From: Octopus vulgaris
Lineage: Eukaryota
Reading direction: 5' to 3'
Assembly: GCA_951406725.2 (NCBI GenBank)
Contig: OX597821.1
Span: 17,112,001-17,176,000, forward strand
Length of the DNA: 64,000 nt
Shown here piece after piece: positions 15,201 to 30,217 of this stretch. The notes beneath the pieces are model-generated. The model was not told the DNA's origin and made no database searches. It was given only the letters and a program-made list of their open reading frames with translations. A program made the position numbers and the translations under genes. Numbering within the stretch: the stretch's first letter is position 1; each line of letters opens with the position of its first letter.

Positions 15201-15801
15201 AAAAAAGAATATTGTACTGAAGGTTTACTCATATCTGGAAAATATCTAATTTGAAATAATTTCCTCCGTGAAAATATATGGTCGAAGTTACTTCTGAAAG
15301 CAGAACAAACAGAGAAAAATGGTAAAAATAGAGAACAGCGAGAAAGAGAGACATAAAAGAGTAAAAGGAGTAAGAAAAAAGATGAAGAACGAGAGAAAAA
15401 TAGAAAGGCAGAACAATTGAAAGATAAATATATAAGAAAAAAGGTTTCCTTTTCGTTTATTAATCTTTTGTTTGGCAACTATAAAATGAAATTAGAATTA
15501 TTATACGTAGAGCTGTTTCTTCTGTTCTTGGTTTAAGCCTTTGTTCTGTTTGGCTTTGTGGCAAAATATTTGCACACGTTTTAGGATGTGTAAGATTATA
15601 CAAACGTAGCATGGCTAGGTAGCATGGTCGGTCGTGTGGTTAAGAGAATCACTTCTCAGGCACGTGGGTTCGAACTCAGCTCCACTGAATGGCTAGTGTC
15701 TTCTACCAGAGTCCCAGGCGATCAGTGGATTTGGTAAACGAAAATTGGTTGGCAGCCTATTGTGTGTGGTTGCATACACACACACATATATATATATATA
15801 C

Positions 15802-15838
<37 letters not shown>

Positions 15839-15928
15839 CATATTAATATTTTGGTTAGGTTTCACAGTACTAATAACCTGGTGTTGGAAATCAATAAGTG
15901 TGTGCATATGTGTCATTCCAATTTCTTA

Positions 15929-15963
<35 letters not shown>

Positions 15964-16117
15964 CGTTTATATATTTGTTTTGCAAGATTCTTGATGTGAA
16001 ATCCTTTGTTGAAACAGATGTTGTAGTATTTAGGAATGGTCATTTTGCCAGTTTATCCAATACACGCACTACATATTCAGCGTTATTTATTTTTTACATT
16101 AATCTTAATCTTATTTC

Positions 16118-16161
16118 GGCCAGAGTTCTTTCGTCACACTTCTGTGATCTCATCAGTGGTC
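16118..16161 (-). ncRNA. Minimal type I hammerhead ribozyme motif
   Basis: Minus strand: gacca-CTGATGA-gatcacagaagtgtgac-GAAA-gaac-TC-tggcc; stem I, core, stem II and a CUC cleavage triplet are present. Confidence 0.65.
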
Positions 16162-17194
16162 CTTTGCTTTCTTCTTTCTTATTTGTGTGTCTCTCCTTAC
16201 TTACGGTCAGGCATTTTTTATTTTGTATTCCTATTGTATGTGTCTTCAGTCGAAAGTAGATCGGCTGGACGGGGATCAAAATACTTTCGATCAACTGAAC
16301 AGCCTGCTCATTGATTTAGAATTCAAGTGGCTGAGTATTCCAAACACGCATATATCTTATATAAATCAACATGTAACAGAATGAGAGACACCGAATAATT
16401 ATATTACAGATACAATCTATGCCAGGGCTTCCACAATAATATTAATAATAACAAGTAAGTGTAAACACATGAATAAAATAAAGAAAAACAAATTACAGGA
16501 ACGAGTATAATCAGTCGACCTCGGCGGAATTTGAACTCAGAACATAACGACAAACGAAATACTGATAAGCATTTTGCCCGGCGCGCTAACGTTTCTGCCC
16601 GCTCGCCGCCTTCCAAAGAAATCTTTTCTTGTGTTGTAAAATGCTTTAGTGCAACTAAATAAGTAAATTTGAAAAAGTTTTAATTGGAAGCCTACGAATT
16701 GGCAGTGCCTTTAGACCTTTGGGTCGAATATTATACGGCATTTATTCTGACACTCCTTATTTTGGGTTCAAATCCCATCCAAGCCAACTTTGACTTTCAT
16801 CTATGTCTAGTGAGATAGACTGGCAGAATTATTAGAGCACAGAACGAGGTTGGCGGTGATATCTCATCTGTCATCTTGCATTCTGAGAACAACGTCTGCA
16901 ATGACATGTGTCTTGCTGTATCGGCCATAAAAAGGGAACCTTACCACTGGAAAACATATGTGGCGTGGATGGGAAAACGAGGACATATGGAAACGTCCAG
17001 TTTTCCACGCATACACACCAGGAAAGCAAAGTACTTTACAGAGGCTTCTATATTCGGAGAAGGATAAATGGCTATGGAACGAGAGAGATCATTGTATAGT
17101 TGTAATATAATTATATATTCGCTTAAAGTCACATGATCTCTCTTTTTCTTTCTCTCACTTTCTCTCTCTCTCTCTCTCACCCTGTATATATATT

Positions 17195-17597
17195 GGTTGT
17201 GTAGTAAGTAGCTTGCTAAGCAACCACATGGTTCCGGGTTCAGTCCCACTGCGTGGTACCTTGGGCAAGAGTCTTCTACTATAATCTCGGGCCGACCAAT
17301 GCCTTGTGAGTGGATTTGGTAGACGGAGACTGAAAGAAGCCTGTCGTATATATGTATATATATATATATGTATGTATGTGTGTGTGAGTTTGTGTCTGTG
17401 TTTGTCCCTCCAACATCGCTTGACAACTGATGGTGGTTTGTTTACGTCCCCGTCACTTAGCGGTTCGGCAAAAGACACCGATAGAATAAGTACTAGGCTT
17501 ACAAAGAATAAGTCCCAGGGTTGATTTGCTCGACTAAAGGCGGTGCTCCAGCATGGCCGCAGCCAAATGACTGAAACAAGTAAAAGAGTAAAAGAGC
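17195..17597 (+). mobile_element. SINE family A
   Basis: Matches 12126-12541. Confidence 0.92.
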
Positions 17598-18556
17598 AAT
17601 ATATATATTCTGGGTTGCTTTCAAATTCACAAGCATTTAATCAATTAGAAATGCTGTTATAGATTATGCCTAACCGAAAAACATCACATCCACATCAACC
17701 AAACAGACCGGGTAAAACCGGTGTTAGTATATATATATATATGTATATGTGTGTGTGGGGGGGTGGGTGTGTATGTTTGTATTCGTATACATGCATTTGT
17801 ATCTATGTATGTGTTTTTGTATGTATTTATACTTCTGCATATATATATATATACTCTCTGTATATCTTCTCTGTAGATGCGAGTATGTTTTTTGTTTCAT
17901 TGCAGCTCATTAAGTTAAAATTATTTTGAAGTGCAGTTAGAAAACAGGATTAAAATTAATTTCCAGGTTTTATGTGCGTTTCTTTGACCTTTTAACCTTA
18001 TTTTTAAATTGTTGTTGTTCACTACTTTTTCTCAGTTTAATTTATATATCTCCAGTTATCTGTTTCCTATTTAATTCGTCTGTGTTATATGTTTATATGT
18101 GCTTGTATATACTTTTTAAAGCTATATAGTGTTTTTCTAATATTAACTACTTCTTTTTATCCCTTCATGTTTTTTCCTAACATTAGGGATGGTGAATTCC
18201 CTTTACTTAGATCTAGCACCATAATTCATATACAGCAAAATATATCTTTATTTTTACTAGCCATACTTTTACCTATTCTCTGGTTTCCCTGCACTGATTA
18301 TATAAAGCGAAGATTTTGTATGTATGCTTAGAGTTGAGTCGTTCCTATAACCATGATGTTTAAGTAATCTGAGCCACTTGCTTTCTTTATTTGCATTAAC
18401 ATGTAAATATAATTCATTGCACACTGAAATTATTATTACATGAAATAGGCTATTAAACGGGCGTAATCCTAAGGATGTCATGTGGTAAAGTAAATACATT
18501 CACCTTTCGTACCACCTGACATTTGATCGTTTGTCTATATGTGTGTATGGGTTTGC

Positions 18557-18916
18557 GTGGAGGCGCAATGGCCCAGTGGTTAGGGCAGCGGACTCACGGT
18601 CATAGGATCGCGGTTTCGATTCCCAGACCGGGCGTTGTGAGTGTTTATTGAACGAAAACACCTAAAACTCCACGAGGCTCCGGCAGGGGATGGTGGTAAT
18701 CCCTGCTGTACTCTTTCACCACAACTTTTCTCTCACTCTTACTTCCTGTTTCTGTTGTATCTGTATTTCAAAGGACCGGCCTTGTCACTCTCTGTGTCAC
18801 CCTGAATATCCCCGAGAACTACGTTAAGGGTACACGTGTCTGTGGAGTGCTCAGCCACTTACACGTTAATTTCACGAGCAGGCTGTTCCGTTGATTCGGA
18901 TCAACCGGAACCCTCG
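18557..18916 (+). mobile_element. SINE family B, tail type 1
   Basis: Near-identical to 11136-11500. Confidence 0.92.
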
Positions 18917-18924
18917 TGCGTGTG

Positions 18925-19398
18925 TTTGAAAAACGGCCAGAATTGGCAAATCGCAAAGGGATCGTGTTCCACAATAACAACGCTAGACCGTATACGTCTT
19001 TGCTAACTCAGGAAAAAGCATTGGAGCTTAGCTGAGAAGTGATGTCACCTCCACCATATAGCCCTGACATTGCGTCACCATTTATTTCGAAGTTTGCAAA
19101 ATTCAAATCCCAACGAAACCAACCTTGCCTTTCATTGCATTACCATTTATTTTGCAAAATTCTTTGAATGGTAAAACTTTCAATAATGATGACGACCTGA
19201 AATCGTACTTGGTTTAATTTTTGGCTGATAAGGACCAAAGGTTCTATGAGCGTGGAATCATAAAGTTGCCAGAAAGATGGCAAAAGGTCATCAAATAAAA
19301 TGGAAAATACATAACTGATTAAAGTTAATTCTCTGTATGAATAAAATTACTATTACTTCATACTAAAAAACCGAAATTACTTTCTTGCCAACCCGATA
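18925..19398 (+). mobile_element. mariner transposase 3' fragment with right terminus (pseudogene)
   Basis: Translates KRPELANRKGIVFHNNNARPY...PPPYSPDIA...YERGIIKLPERWQKVI with stops; terminal ...ttcttgccaacccga-TA. Confidence 0.88.
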
Positions 19399-19457
19399 TA
19401 TATTTGTGCGTGTTTGTGTTTGTGATTATCTCCCTCTCTCCCTTTTATTCTCTTTCT

Positions 19458-19514
<57 letters not shown>

Positions 19515-20238
19515 CTCTCTCTTATATATATATATAGTTTATTGGTTTCAATGGCTACCTAATGCTGTGATCACGTGTAATTTCAATATCTGTAACACAC
19601 TGCTTTGTCTGTATACTGTGAAGTTGAAAGTTAAAATGGTTATGTAACAGCGGCTTCCAATGCTTAGCGGTGTCATGCTATGATGAAGTTGCTTGCAGAA
19701 CATTTCTTTAATGGTATTTGCTATATCTAGGGATAGTGTATTGTTAAGAGATAATAAACAGTTTCTACACATATCAATATACGACAATATTAAGGTTGTT
19801 TGACGGTCAAAAGATGAAACATTACGAAAACAATATTATTCACATATAATGTAACAATAACAAGAGAAGAATAAAACAACTCCTACAAGAACAATATCAG
19901 CATCGAAATTGAAAGCAATAAAAGATATAATGTTTCCTGTGTAATGGAAAAGTGGAAACGGCAAAATGACGCTAATATGGCGGAAAAGTAGTTGATAATA
20001 TTAATTAAATTGACAATAGTGGCGTATCAGAAGAAACTGATAGCTTACAAGAAAGCTATGGTGGGGAGAGAGATTGTATATATGATGAGATTTCGATGGT
20101 TGTTTGTATGTCTACGTGAAAGAGAGACTGAAAACGATTGTGCATGTGAAAGGCATACATACACTTGAGCACACAAATACATGAGAGAGAAAGGAAATGG
20201 AAGGTATAATTATATATGTATATATATATATATATATC

Positions 20239-20269
<31 letters not shown>

Positions 20270-20423
20270 ATGTATATGTATATGTATGTATGTGTTTATA
20301 TATACGTATATATAAGTGTGTTTCTATATATATATATATATATACATATATATTTATTTGCATTTATAAACATATATTATATATATATACATATGCATGT
20401 ACATAAATATATACAATTATTAT

Positions 20424-20476
<53 letters not shown>

Positions 20477-20573
20477 AGAGAAAGAGAAAGGGAGGGAGTG
20501 GAGCAGAGAGAGAAAGAGAGAAAGAAAGAAAGAATGAAAGAAAGAGAGAAAGAAAGAGTGGAGATACTGATAA

Positions 20574-20610
<37 letters not shown>

Positions 20611-20662
20611 CAGAACAGTTCGACAGATAGACTGATAGATAGATAGATAGATAGATAGATAT

Positions 20663-20731
<69 letters not shown>

Positions 20732-22269
20732 GAAGGAAAAGAATGCAAAGGAGCAGGAGCACGTGCAAAAGAAGAAGAAGAAGAAGAAGAAGAAGAAGAA
20801 GAAGAAGAAGAAGAAGAAGAGTTGTGATGAGGGGAAAGTGAAAGAATAGCTAGGAGAGTACATTTGATATTCAGTTAAGTGTAAATTTTTTTAAATGAGG
20901 TGGAGAGAGGGAGAGTATATATGAGAGGGAATTGAATGATGATTGTGTGTATGGGAGTGTGTGTGTGTGTGTATGTGTGTGTGTGTGTGTGCATGTGTGT
21001 GTGCGTGAATGCATTTGCGTGGATGAGTGTCTTTGTGTTTGGGTGTCTACGAGAGAATGTGGTTGAGACTGTAAAAGTGATTTTGGTTGAAAACGAAGTT
21101 GTAGTATGTGTGTGTGTGTGGCACAGCAAATATATGGCCATAAAGAAAAAGCGAAGGGAGATAATGCGACAGTTACTGAGGCAAAGAGAGAATGCACACA
21201 TAATACAAATGCAAACAAAATGATACTAAAAGCAAGTGGAGATGAAGTAAAGAAGAATATAACATGTGTCTGTAGCAGCTAATCGTCAGTATCATTACAG
21301 CACTAGACAAAATGCTTAGCGGCATTTCCTCCAGCTTAATACACTGAGTTCAAATCCCACCGAAGTCGACGTTGACCTTCATCCTTTAGGGGCTGATGAA
21401 ATAAGTAGTAGTTGAGTACTGGGTTCGATGTAATTGACTGGGCCCTTCCCAGGACAATTTCAGGCTTTGTGCCTATAATAGAAAGAGTATCATCACAAGT
21501 GTTTAATTGTGAGAAACAACGCTAGAAAATCGGAAACGGAGTGCAGAATATATGGCAGACAGATCTGTACGTGTAGGAAACTAAAATGAATTTGTGCGAG
21601 TTTAAAATGTGTTGACGTTACTCTTCAACCCGCAATTGGGTTCAATGTTTATGTAAATCAGCAAGTTTCAAAATATAAGGCTTCACACAGGAAATATTGA
21701 TTTTTTTCATATTTGTCTTCCAACATTTATTGATGAGAAAACAAGTAGATAATGTATTCAAATAATTATTTATATTTTTTTAATTTTTCTTTTCCATTTA
21801 GTTGAACACGATTTTGAAACCCTTGTTAAACATGGCAAATTATCCGATCCGATTCTCTCAGCCCATATCTGAGAAACACAGATGTAACCAACATTTGTTT
21901 AGCGTTGATTAGAAAGTTTTTTAAAAAGATAATGAATTACAGAAAACATAATTCTATAATCTAAGTGGTACCTATAGTTGAGTATATTACGTGTGTCTAA
22001 GCGACTTACGTCATATACACAACAACGAATGCCGAAAATTGCCTTGCACATTCATTGAATTTTGTTATACTTCATGTTAGTGTTGTGTAATAAACTTACG
22101 ATTACAACTAGTAATCCTTTGTCCGAAATACTTGAGATAGGAATGTTCTAGATTTCGAGACAGCTTCAGCATGTGATCCATGTCTAAATACGTTACCCAC
22201 TTGGGAAAGTTTTGCTGATCTCCAATACAAATCCATATGCTACACCTCGGTCATCTTATTTCTGTTATT

Positions 22270-22612
22270 ATGGGGTGTTCAATCTTTGAGCGTCGCTAGT
22301 TCATTTCTGAAGTTTTCGATTAATATTCTTTGCTCGTTCTCGGTTGCTCGATCTATTTGGTTCTCTAGTTTATATCTAAATTGTTCAGTCAATGCTGTTC
22401 TCTAGGTCATATCTAGGGTGTTCCATCAATGCGCTATTTTAGCTTATATCTAGGTTTCAGTTAACGCGGTACTCTGGTTACTTATGGGGTGTTCGATCAA
22501 TGCGCTCCCCAAGCATCTTTGGGGTGTCCGTTAATGAGTTTCTTTTGTTTATAGGGCGGAGTACTTGATCAATGCAGTTCTTTAGCTTGCATTGGTTTCA
22601 GTTAATGTGGTT
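22270..22612. repeat. Degenerate minisatellite, unit about 35-37 bp, about 9 copies
   Basis: Recurring tgttc(g/c/a)atcaatgcg...tag(c/t)ttatatctagg units. Confidence 0.7.
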
Positions 22613-22661
22613 TTATATTTGAATCCCAGCAATATGTGTAACATTATCATTACTATAGTAG

Positions 22662-22880
22662 TGGCGGTGAGCTGGCAGAATCGTTAGCACGCCGGGTAAA
22701 ATGATGATTAGTGGCATTTTGTCCGTCTTTATATTCTGAGTTCAAATTCCGCCGAGGTTCGCTTTGCCTTTTATCCTTTCGGGGGTCGATAAAATAAGTA
22801 ACAGTTGAGAACTGAGGTGAAAGTAATCGATTGATGCCCTCCACGAAATTACTAGCCTGGTGTCACAATTTGAAACCCAC
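22662..22880 (+). mobile_element. SINE family C, older alternative tail
   Basis: ggcggtgagctggcagaatcgttagcacgccggg head; tail ...gcctggtgtcacaatttgaaac. Confidence 0.85.
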
Positions 22881-23677
22881 ATTATCCCTTTACTAAGAGG
22901 ATTCCTCCTCCTATGTTTGAGACATGAAACAAAGGGTCCCCACTGGAATATATTGTCCCTGTTTAGTAGTAATTCAGTTCGATGTATAAATATGGATAAA
23001 ATGAAGCTTCAGTAATTATGTAGAACTTCTCTCACATGGATTGCGTCTGTTTTATTGTTGGTGTCCTTTACTTTTCCTTTTTTTTTTCTTTTTTTTACTT
23101 TTTATTTCTCGCAATTATTTCGGTTACAATCATTATCTTTAAAGAACATCTTCCAATGCGGGGACAAAGAAACGAAGTGGATACCTGCTTGGCATATCAC
23201 CAAGAACATATAAAACGGATGAAATATTTCTGTAGTCCTTATCGCAATCGGTCAGTCACTTGTGCAACAATAATTACTTCGAGGAATGTGTAATAAAATG
23301 AAACTATAATCAAGTAAGGCATATTTTTGAAGATTTGCAATAATAATTTCACAATATGGTTTGGCTTAACAAGTGATAACACAAATTGTTTTTGTTTTTT
23401 CACATTTTGATTAAAATATCTTTTTTCATAGTTTGTCTTTAAATCCTCGCTAAAGATGGATACATTCAAAACAATATTAATAATTGGAGGATTGAAATGG
23501 GAGCTCTTTCATTGCTCTATTACTCCACTTTGTAGATTAGTAGAAATGTATCGAAATATATGAAAGACATCGGTAAGTGTGCATACTAATTATATAGGAG
23601 TATATGCATCTTTTGCTTTCTGTAAGTTTGTAAATTTGAACTATATATATAAATTTGAACTGTATATATAATAATTG

Positions 23678-23913
23678 TAGGGAATATAATTCCAAAACTT
23701 ACAGGGAAAAATTCAATTTAACAATTTTAAATCAAATTTCGAAAAATATAATATATGTATATAATTTAGAAAAAGAATGTCTATTACACAATTCAATAAT
23801 GAAGCATGTTATTCACAGCATATAGAAAACGATATATCCTGTGTTTTCTATATGATGTGAATGACATATTTCATTATTGAATTGTTTAATAGAGGTTTTT
23901 CTCTAAATTATAT
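23678..23913. repeat. Dispersed repeat ending in a foldback (arms about 72 bp, 23757-23913); related copy at about 59172-59395
   Basis: caattcaataatgaa...catatagaaaac pairs with gttttctatatg...ttcattattgaattg; the motif aaacttacagggaaaaa is shared with the 59172 copy. Confidence 0.75.
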
Positions 23914-23957
23914 ATGCGCATATATATATATGCATGTGTGTGTATGTGCGTGTATAC

Positions 23958-24033
<76 letters not shown>

Positions 24034-24969
24034 ATGTATACTCGCGTGTGTGTGTATAAATGATATATATGTATATATAGACGGATAGACAGACAAATAG
24101 ATATACATACATATATATACATATTACATATACACATATATATTATATATATACATATATTCATATATCTAAATATTTTTGCTTGTTTCCTATAGCTGAG
24201 TACGTTCCACTATATAGTTTTCATTAAATATGATCCCTCTTTCATACACTCTACTTATATAACACTCTCTGTCTACTAAAATTGATTGACTGGTTTCCTG
24301 ATCTGAAAAAATCCTATCTCCAAACAGAAAACACCGCTCCAAGTATCTCATGTAGTTTTCCATCTACTTGATTTTTTATATATATATATATTGAAACCTG
24401 TTAAACGTTTATCTGTTTACTCTCTTCAAACTTATCAAATTCATTATAGCTTTCATATTGGTTTTGTTTAGGAAAGTGTTATTGTCAGGTTTTCAGTTGC
24501 TCTTCGTTTGTGATTAAACGAGATTTCCAATTTATCGATTGTTTGAACAGGCACCACACTGACACATTGCTCTGATATTTGTAATCACTTAAACGTCGTT
24601 TGCTTTTTATAAATGGCTTTTCTACCAGTTTTGTCTGAGCAGAAAGTACAACGTAAATGTTTTCTGGTTTAATACCATTTCAAGTTTACTGTAAGCTAGA
24701 CATTTAATAAGACAACAGACGGGTTTCGAATTATAAGCTGTGTGATAAAGGTAATACTTCATTTCGCTTGTATGATGCAGACATATATTTCTATATTCTG
24801 TTTTATTCTTCTAGTAAAATCCACACGTCCGTGATAACCCAAATTAAACGAAAAACACGAAATGTTCAAATTAATTGAATTTACCTTAACAAACAAATAT
24901 GGAAGAGTTTTATCTTATTTATTACTTTTTGAATTGACTTAATCTCAGCATTTTATACGAAAATTAAAT

Positions 24970-26123
<1,154 letters not shown>

Positions 26124-26423
26124 TATGTTTATATTTTCTATTTTCATGTTTTTCTTCCTCTTTTCATTAAAACCACAGGCTATAAAAGACCAGTTCTATA
26201 ATCTGCAGTTTCTATAACTTTGTTGAAATACTTCATCATTTTGGGTCAGCTCCCATTTTTTTCACATTCGCTTGGGCTTGGTAGTTCCGGGTTAATAAGC
26301 TTTGGTCTTGAGCAGCTAATATGAAACCACTCTCTGCTTTTAGTCCTGTGCTTCGTAACCGTTGTGTTTCTGGTCGTCATCAGCTTGTTTTATTATTATT
26401 GTTGTTGTTGTTGTTATTTTATT

Positions 26424-27047
26424 ATCTTTGCACAGCTTCTAACGCCGGAGATTCACTACGGTGTCAGCTATTCACTACTAGTGATCTAAGGCAAAACCCC
26501 TTATTTTTCGAGCACCTTCCGGAGTATTCGAGTGGTTCCAAGCAGTGCTGTTTTCTGCAAGTGTTCCATCTTTATTGCAGCTTCTCTTTTTTCCAAGTAC
26601 TTCTCAAGATTTTTACTCACTGTTCCCAGGGCTACGACAATTATTGATACTACAACCACCCTTTTCAGCGACAACTGCTTAATCTCCCAAGCTAACCTAT
26701 TATATCTATCGACTTTTCTTTTTTCCTTATAGCATATCTTGTTTTCAGCTGTGCATGCTATATCTATGATCCAGCATCGCTTGCTTTCTTTCTAATTTAA
26801 CATCATGTTTGGTTTCCTATTCTCTATCTCATGGTCGCATTGAATCATAAAATCCCATAGGATCTTTACATTATCATTTTCAATGTTGCCTTCAGGTTTA
26901 TGTCCGTACCAACTTTTTGCTATCTGAAATCCATACTTGTTGCAAAGTGTCCGATGGGCAATCCTTGCTATATTGTCATGACGGCTCTTATAATCTTTCT
27001 GGGCTAGTAGTGTACATTGATTGGTAATATGCTGTACGGTTTCACCA
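26424..27047 (-). mobile_element. R4/Dong-clade LINE 3' fragment (restriction-like endonuclease domain)
   Basis: Minus translation includes RHDNIARIAH, KILWDFMIQCDHEIENRKP, IIDIAC and EHLQKTALLGTTRILRKVL*; (TAA)n-type repeats on both sides. Confidence 0.88.
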
Positions 27048-27258
27048 TATTATTATTATTGTTGTTGTTGTTGTTGTTGTTGCTGCTGTTGTTGTTTAAA
27101 GCAGTTTTATTCAGTTCCATGCAACTCAAAGATTCGTAGGTTTAGTACAGAAACCTACTCCGTTAGTTCAGTACCGCTTTCTTTCATTTGTCCAGCCACC
27201 CGTATATATGTATGTATCTATGTATGTATGTATGCTTCTTCGTACATACATTCAGACA

Positions 27259-27352
<94 letters not shown>

Positions 27353-28018
27353 GAGATAGAGATAATGTGGAAGGTGTCATGTGAGATGGCGATGTATAAT
27401 GTAGACATATAATATCAATGAACCAACAGCTGTGAATAGATATGATGGTAACCTTGGGCAGCTTGAATTATCGGTGTCTTGTTCTGTACGTTTCTGCACA
27501 TTTATGTGCTGGTGACGTCAATGACTGCATAAACGGTGCTTAACGATAAGAAAGAGGGAAGCGTGAAGTAGAAGGTGATAAAAGACAATAAATTTGGAGT
27601 AAAATGCAGAGTCAGCTTTGTTATAATTTAGCTCAAGTTCAGCTCTGAACATGTAGGTCATCGTGTTCAGCCTAAATTCTGCTCTACTCAAGTACAGCTA
27701 TCAGAAAAATGTATTGTAGTTACTCTCATTCCGTCTTTGGTTCTTCTTGGTAGAGACACAAGACATATAACACCACATTATCTATTGAGTTATGAAAAAC
27801 ACTCCAGTGTGCAATTTAAAGAAAATTCGGCTAATGTTTCTAGTGACTTGAGTGGTATCACAGAAGAACATTACTTCGTTAAAACAAGTTTGTGCGGGAA
27901 GTGTGACAGAAGTTGTTAAGGTGCTAGAGGGGGGGGGGAATCGTTCGGTGATATACAAGCGTTGGAAGCTGTGTGGACAAAAGTGGAATTAGGAGTTAAG
28001 GACGTGAATGAAAATAAT

Positions 28019-28280
28019 GGAGAGGAGGAGGAGGCGGAGGAGGAGAAGAAGAAGAAGAAGAAGAAGAAGAAAGAGGAGGAACAGGAAGAAGAAGAAGAAG
28101 AAGAAGAAGAAGAAGAAGAAGAAGGGGGAAAGAGGAAGAACAGGAAGAGGAAGAAGAAGAAGAAGAAGAAGAAGAAGAAAAGAAGAAGAAGAAGAAGAAG
28201 AAGAAGAAGAAGAAGAAGAAGAAGAAGGGGAAAAGGAAGAACAGGAAGAAGAAGAACGGGAAGAAGAAGAAGAAGAAGAA

Positions 28281-28327
<47 letters not shown>

Positions 28328-28430
28328 AGAAGAAGAAGGGGAAGAGGAAGAACAGGAAGAAGAAGGGGAAGAGGAAGAACAGGAAGAAGAAGAACGGGAA
28401 GAAGAAGAACGGGAAGAAGAAGAAGAAGAA

Positions 28431-28477
<47 letters not shown>

Positions 28478-28559
28478 AGAAGAAGAAGGGGAAGAGGAAG
28501 AACAGGAAGAAGAAGAAGGGGAAAAGGAAGAACAGGAAGAAGAAGAACGGGAAGAAGAA

Positions 28560-28615
<56 letters not shown>

Positions 28616-28803
28616 AGAAGAAGAAGAAGAAGAAGGGGAAGAGGAAGAACAGGAAGAAGAAGGGAAAGAGGAAGAACAGGAAGAAGAAGAACGGGAAGAA
28701 GAAGAACGGGAAGAAGAAGAACGGGAAGAAGAAGAAGAAGAAGAAGAAGAAGAAGAAGAAGAAGAAGAAGAAGAAGAAGAAGAAGAAAAGAAGAAGAAGA
28801 AGA
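28019..28803. repeat. About 780-bp (GAA)n-based polypurine tract with higher-order units
   Basis: GAA runs punctuated by recurring GGG-GA(A)-GAG-GAA-GAA-CAG and GAACGG cassettes. Confidence 0.95.
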
Positions 28804-29305
28804 GCAACATTGGGAACGACCAAAATGAATAGACAGACTCTTCATAGATGATTTATGTCAAATACCATACAAGCTATAGACTATGACAAACTACGACAGC
28901 TCTACGAGGGGAGATACTAAGATCAGCGATGCTTGCTAGGAACAAGACATTGACCACTCAGTCATTAACTATACAGCCATGCCGCCATATTGCTTGACTG
29001 ACATCATATCACGTCCTATACCTTGCATTGCGCTGCTGTTCAGTTCTAACTAAGCCATTACTATGTCTTGTTGACTGATTTGCATTTCTTTAAAGAAAAA
29101 ATCAATACTCAACTGTATTTCTTTTATTCTATTCGAACAACAGACGTATGTCTGGGTCGAAATTTACTTCGTGGTTTGTTAATTTTACTGTATAGTTTAT
29201 GCTCATGTTGTCCTTTATGATGTTCTATATTTACCCTGTATATACGCACATATACTTACATACATACATAGAGACATATGTACATATATATATATATATA
29301 TATAC

Positions 29306-29352
<47 letters not shown>

Positions 29353-30217
29353 AGAACATAAACGCAAACACACTCACACATATATTTATAGTTTTTATAG
29401 ACGCGTGAAAAACTGCATATAAGTATAAGTTCCCACAGATGTACATATATATGTATACATACACACACATATATATATGTATGTGTATATGTATGCATAT
29501 ATATATATATGTGTGTGTGTGTGTATTTATGTATTTATATTTATATATAGCTTACATAAACACGCTCACAACTTCTTAAAATTATAAGTGCTCTCATACA
29601 CACACACACTCTGGTTTATATATAGATAGATAGATACACACATACATGTATGTGTGTACACATATATATGTACATATATGCACATAAGTCTTAAGACAGA
29701 GAAATGAGGGGAAGGGAAATGGAGAATAAGTACTCACTTTTCTGTTTCATTCTATGTCCATTTAAGTTGTTGACATTGAACGTATGGAGACAAAAAAATA
29801 TTGTCTCATACGTGTTTGATATTTTTTTACGTCTATTGATTTCTATACATAGGAACGTATATTTACGAAGCTAATCTATATGTGTGTGGGTATATATATA
29901 TATATATATTGGAGCGACTAGACATGGACGCTTTGGTGAGTTAAATTCGTTTATGATAATATGTTATGTGGGTGGGTGAATTGGCTACAATATTAATTAC
30001 TAGATGTACTGAATAAACTCTAGCATAAAGAACCATAAAAAATAACAATGAATGAAAGACTACTTTTGTATATAGTGATATGTATGTGTAGGTTTACATA
30101 TGTTTGTCTATATAAGCGTAGATACATATCTACATCAATATAAGTGAATGTAAATTACACGAGGAGCAGAATACTTTGCATACATAGACATAGATATGTA
30201 GGTATATATATATATAT

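Noticed and set aside
27916-28845. Long ORFs of 270-310 aa in five listed frames
   Set aside because: They are open only because the GAA repeat lacks stop codons; there is no domain or splice evidence.
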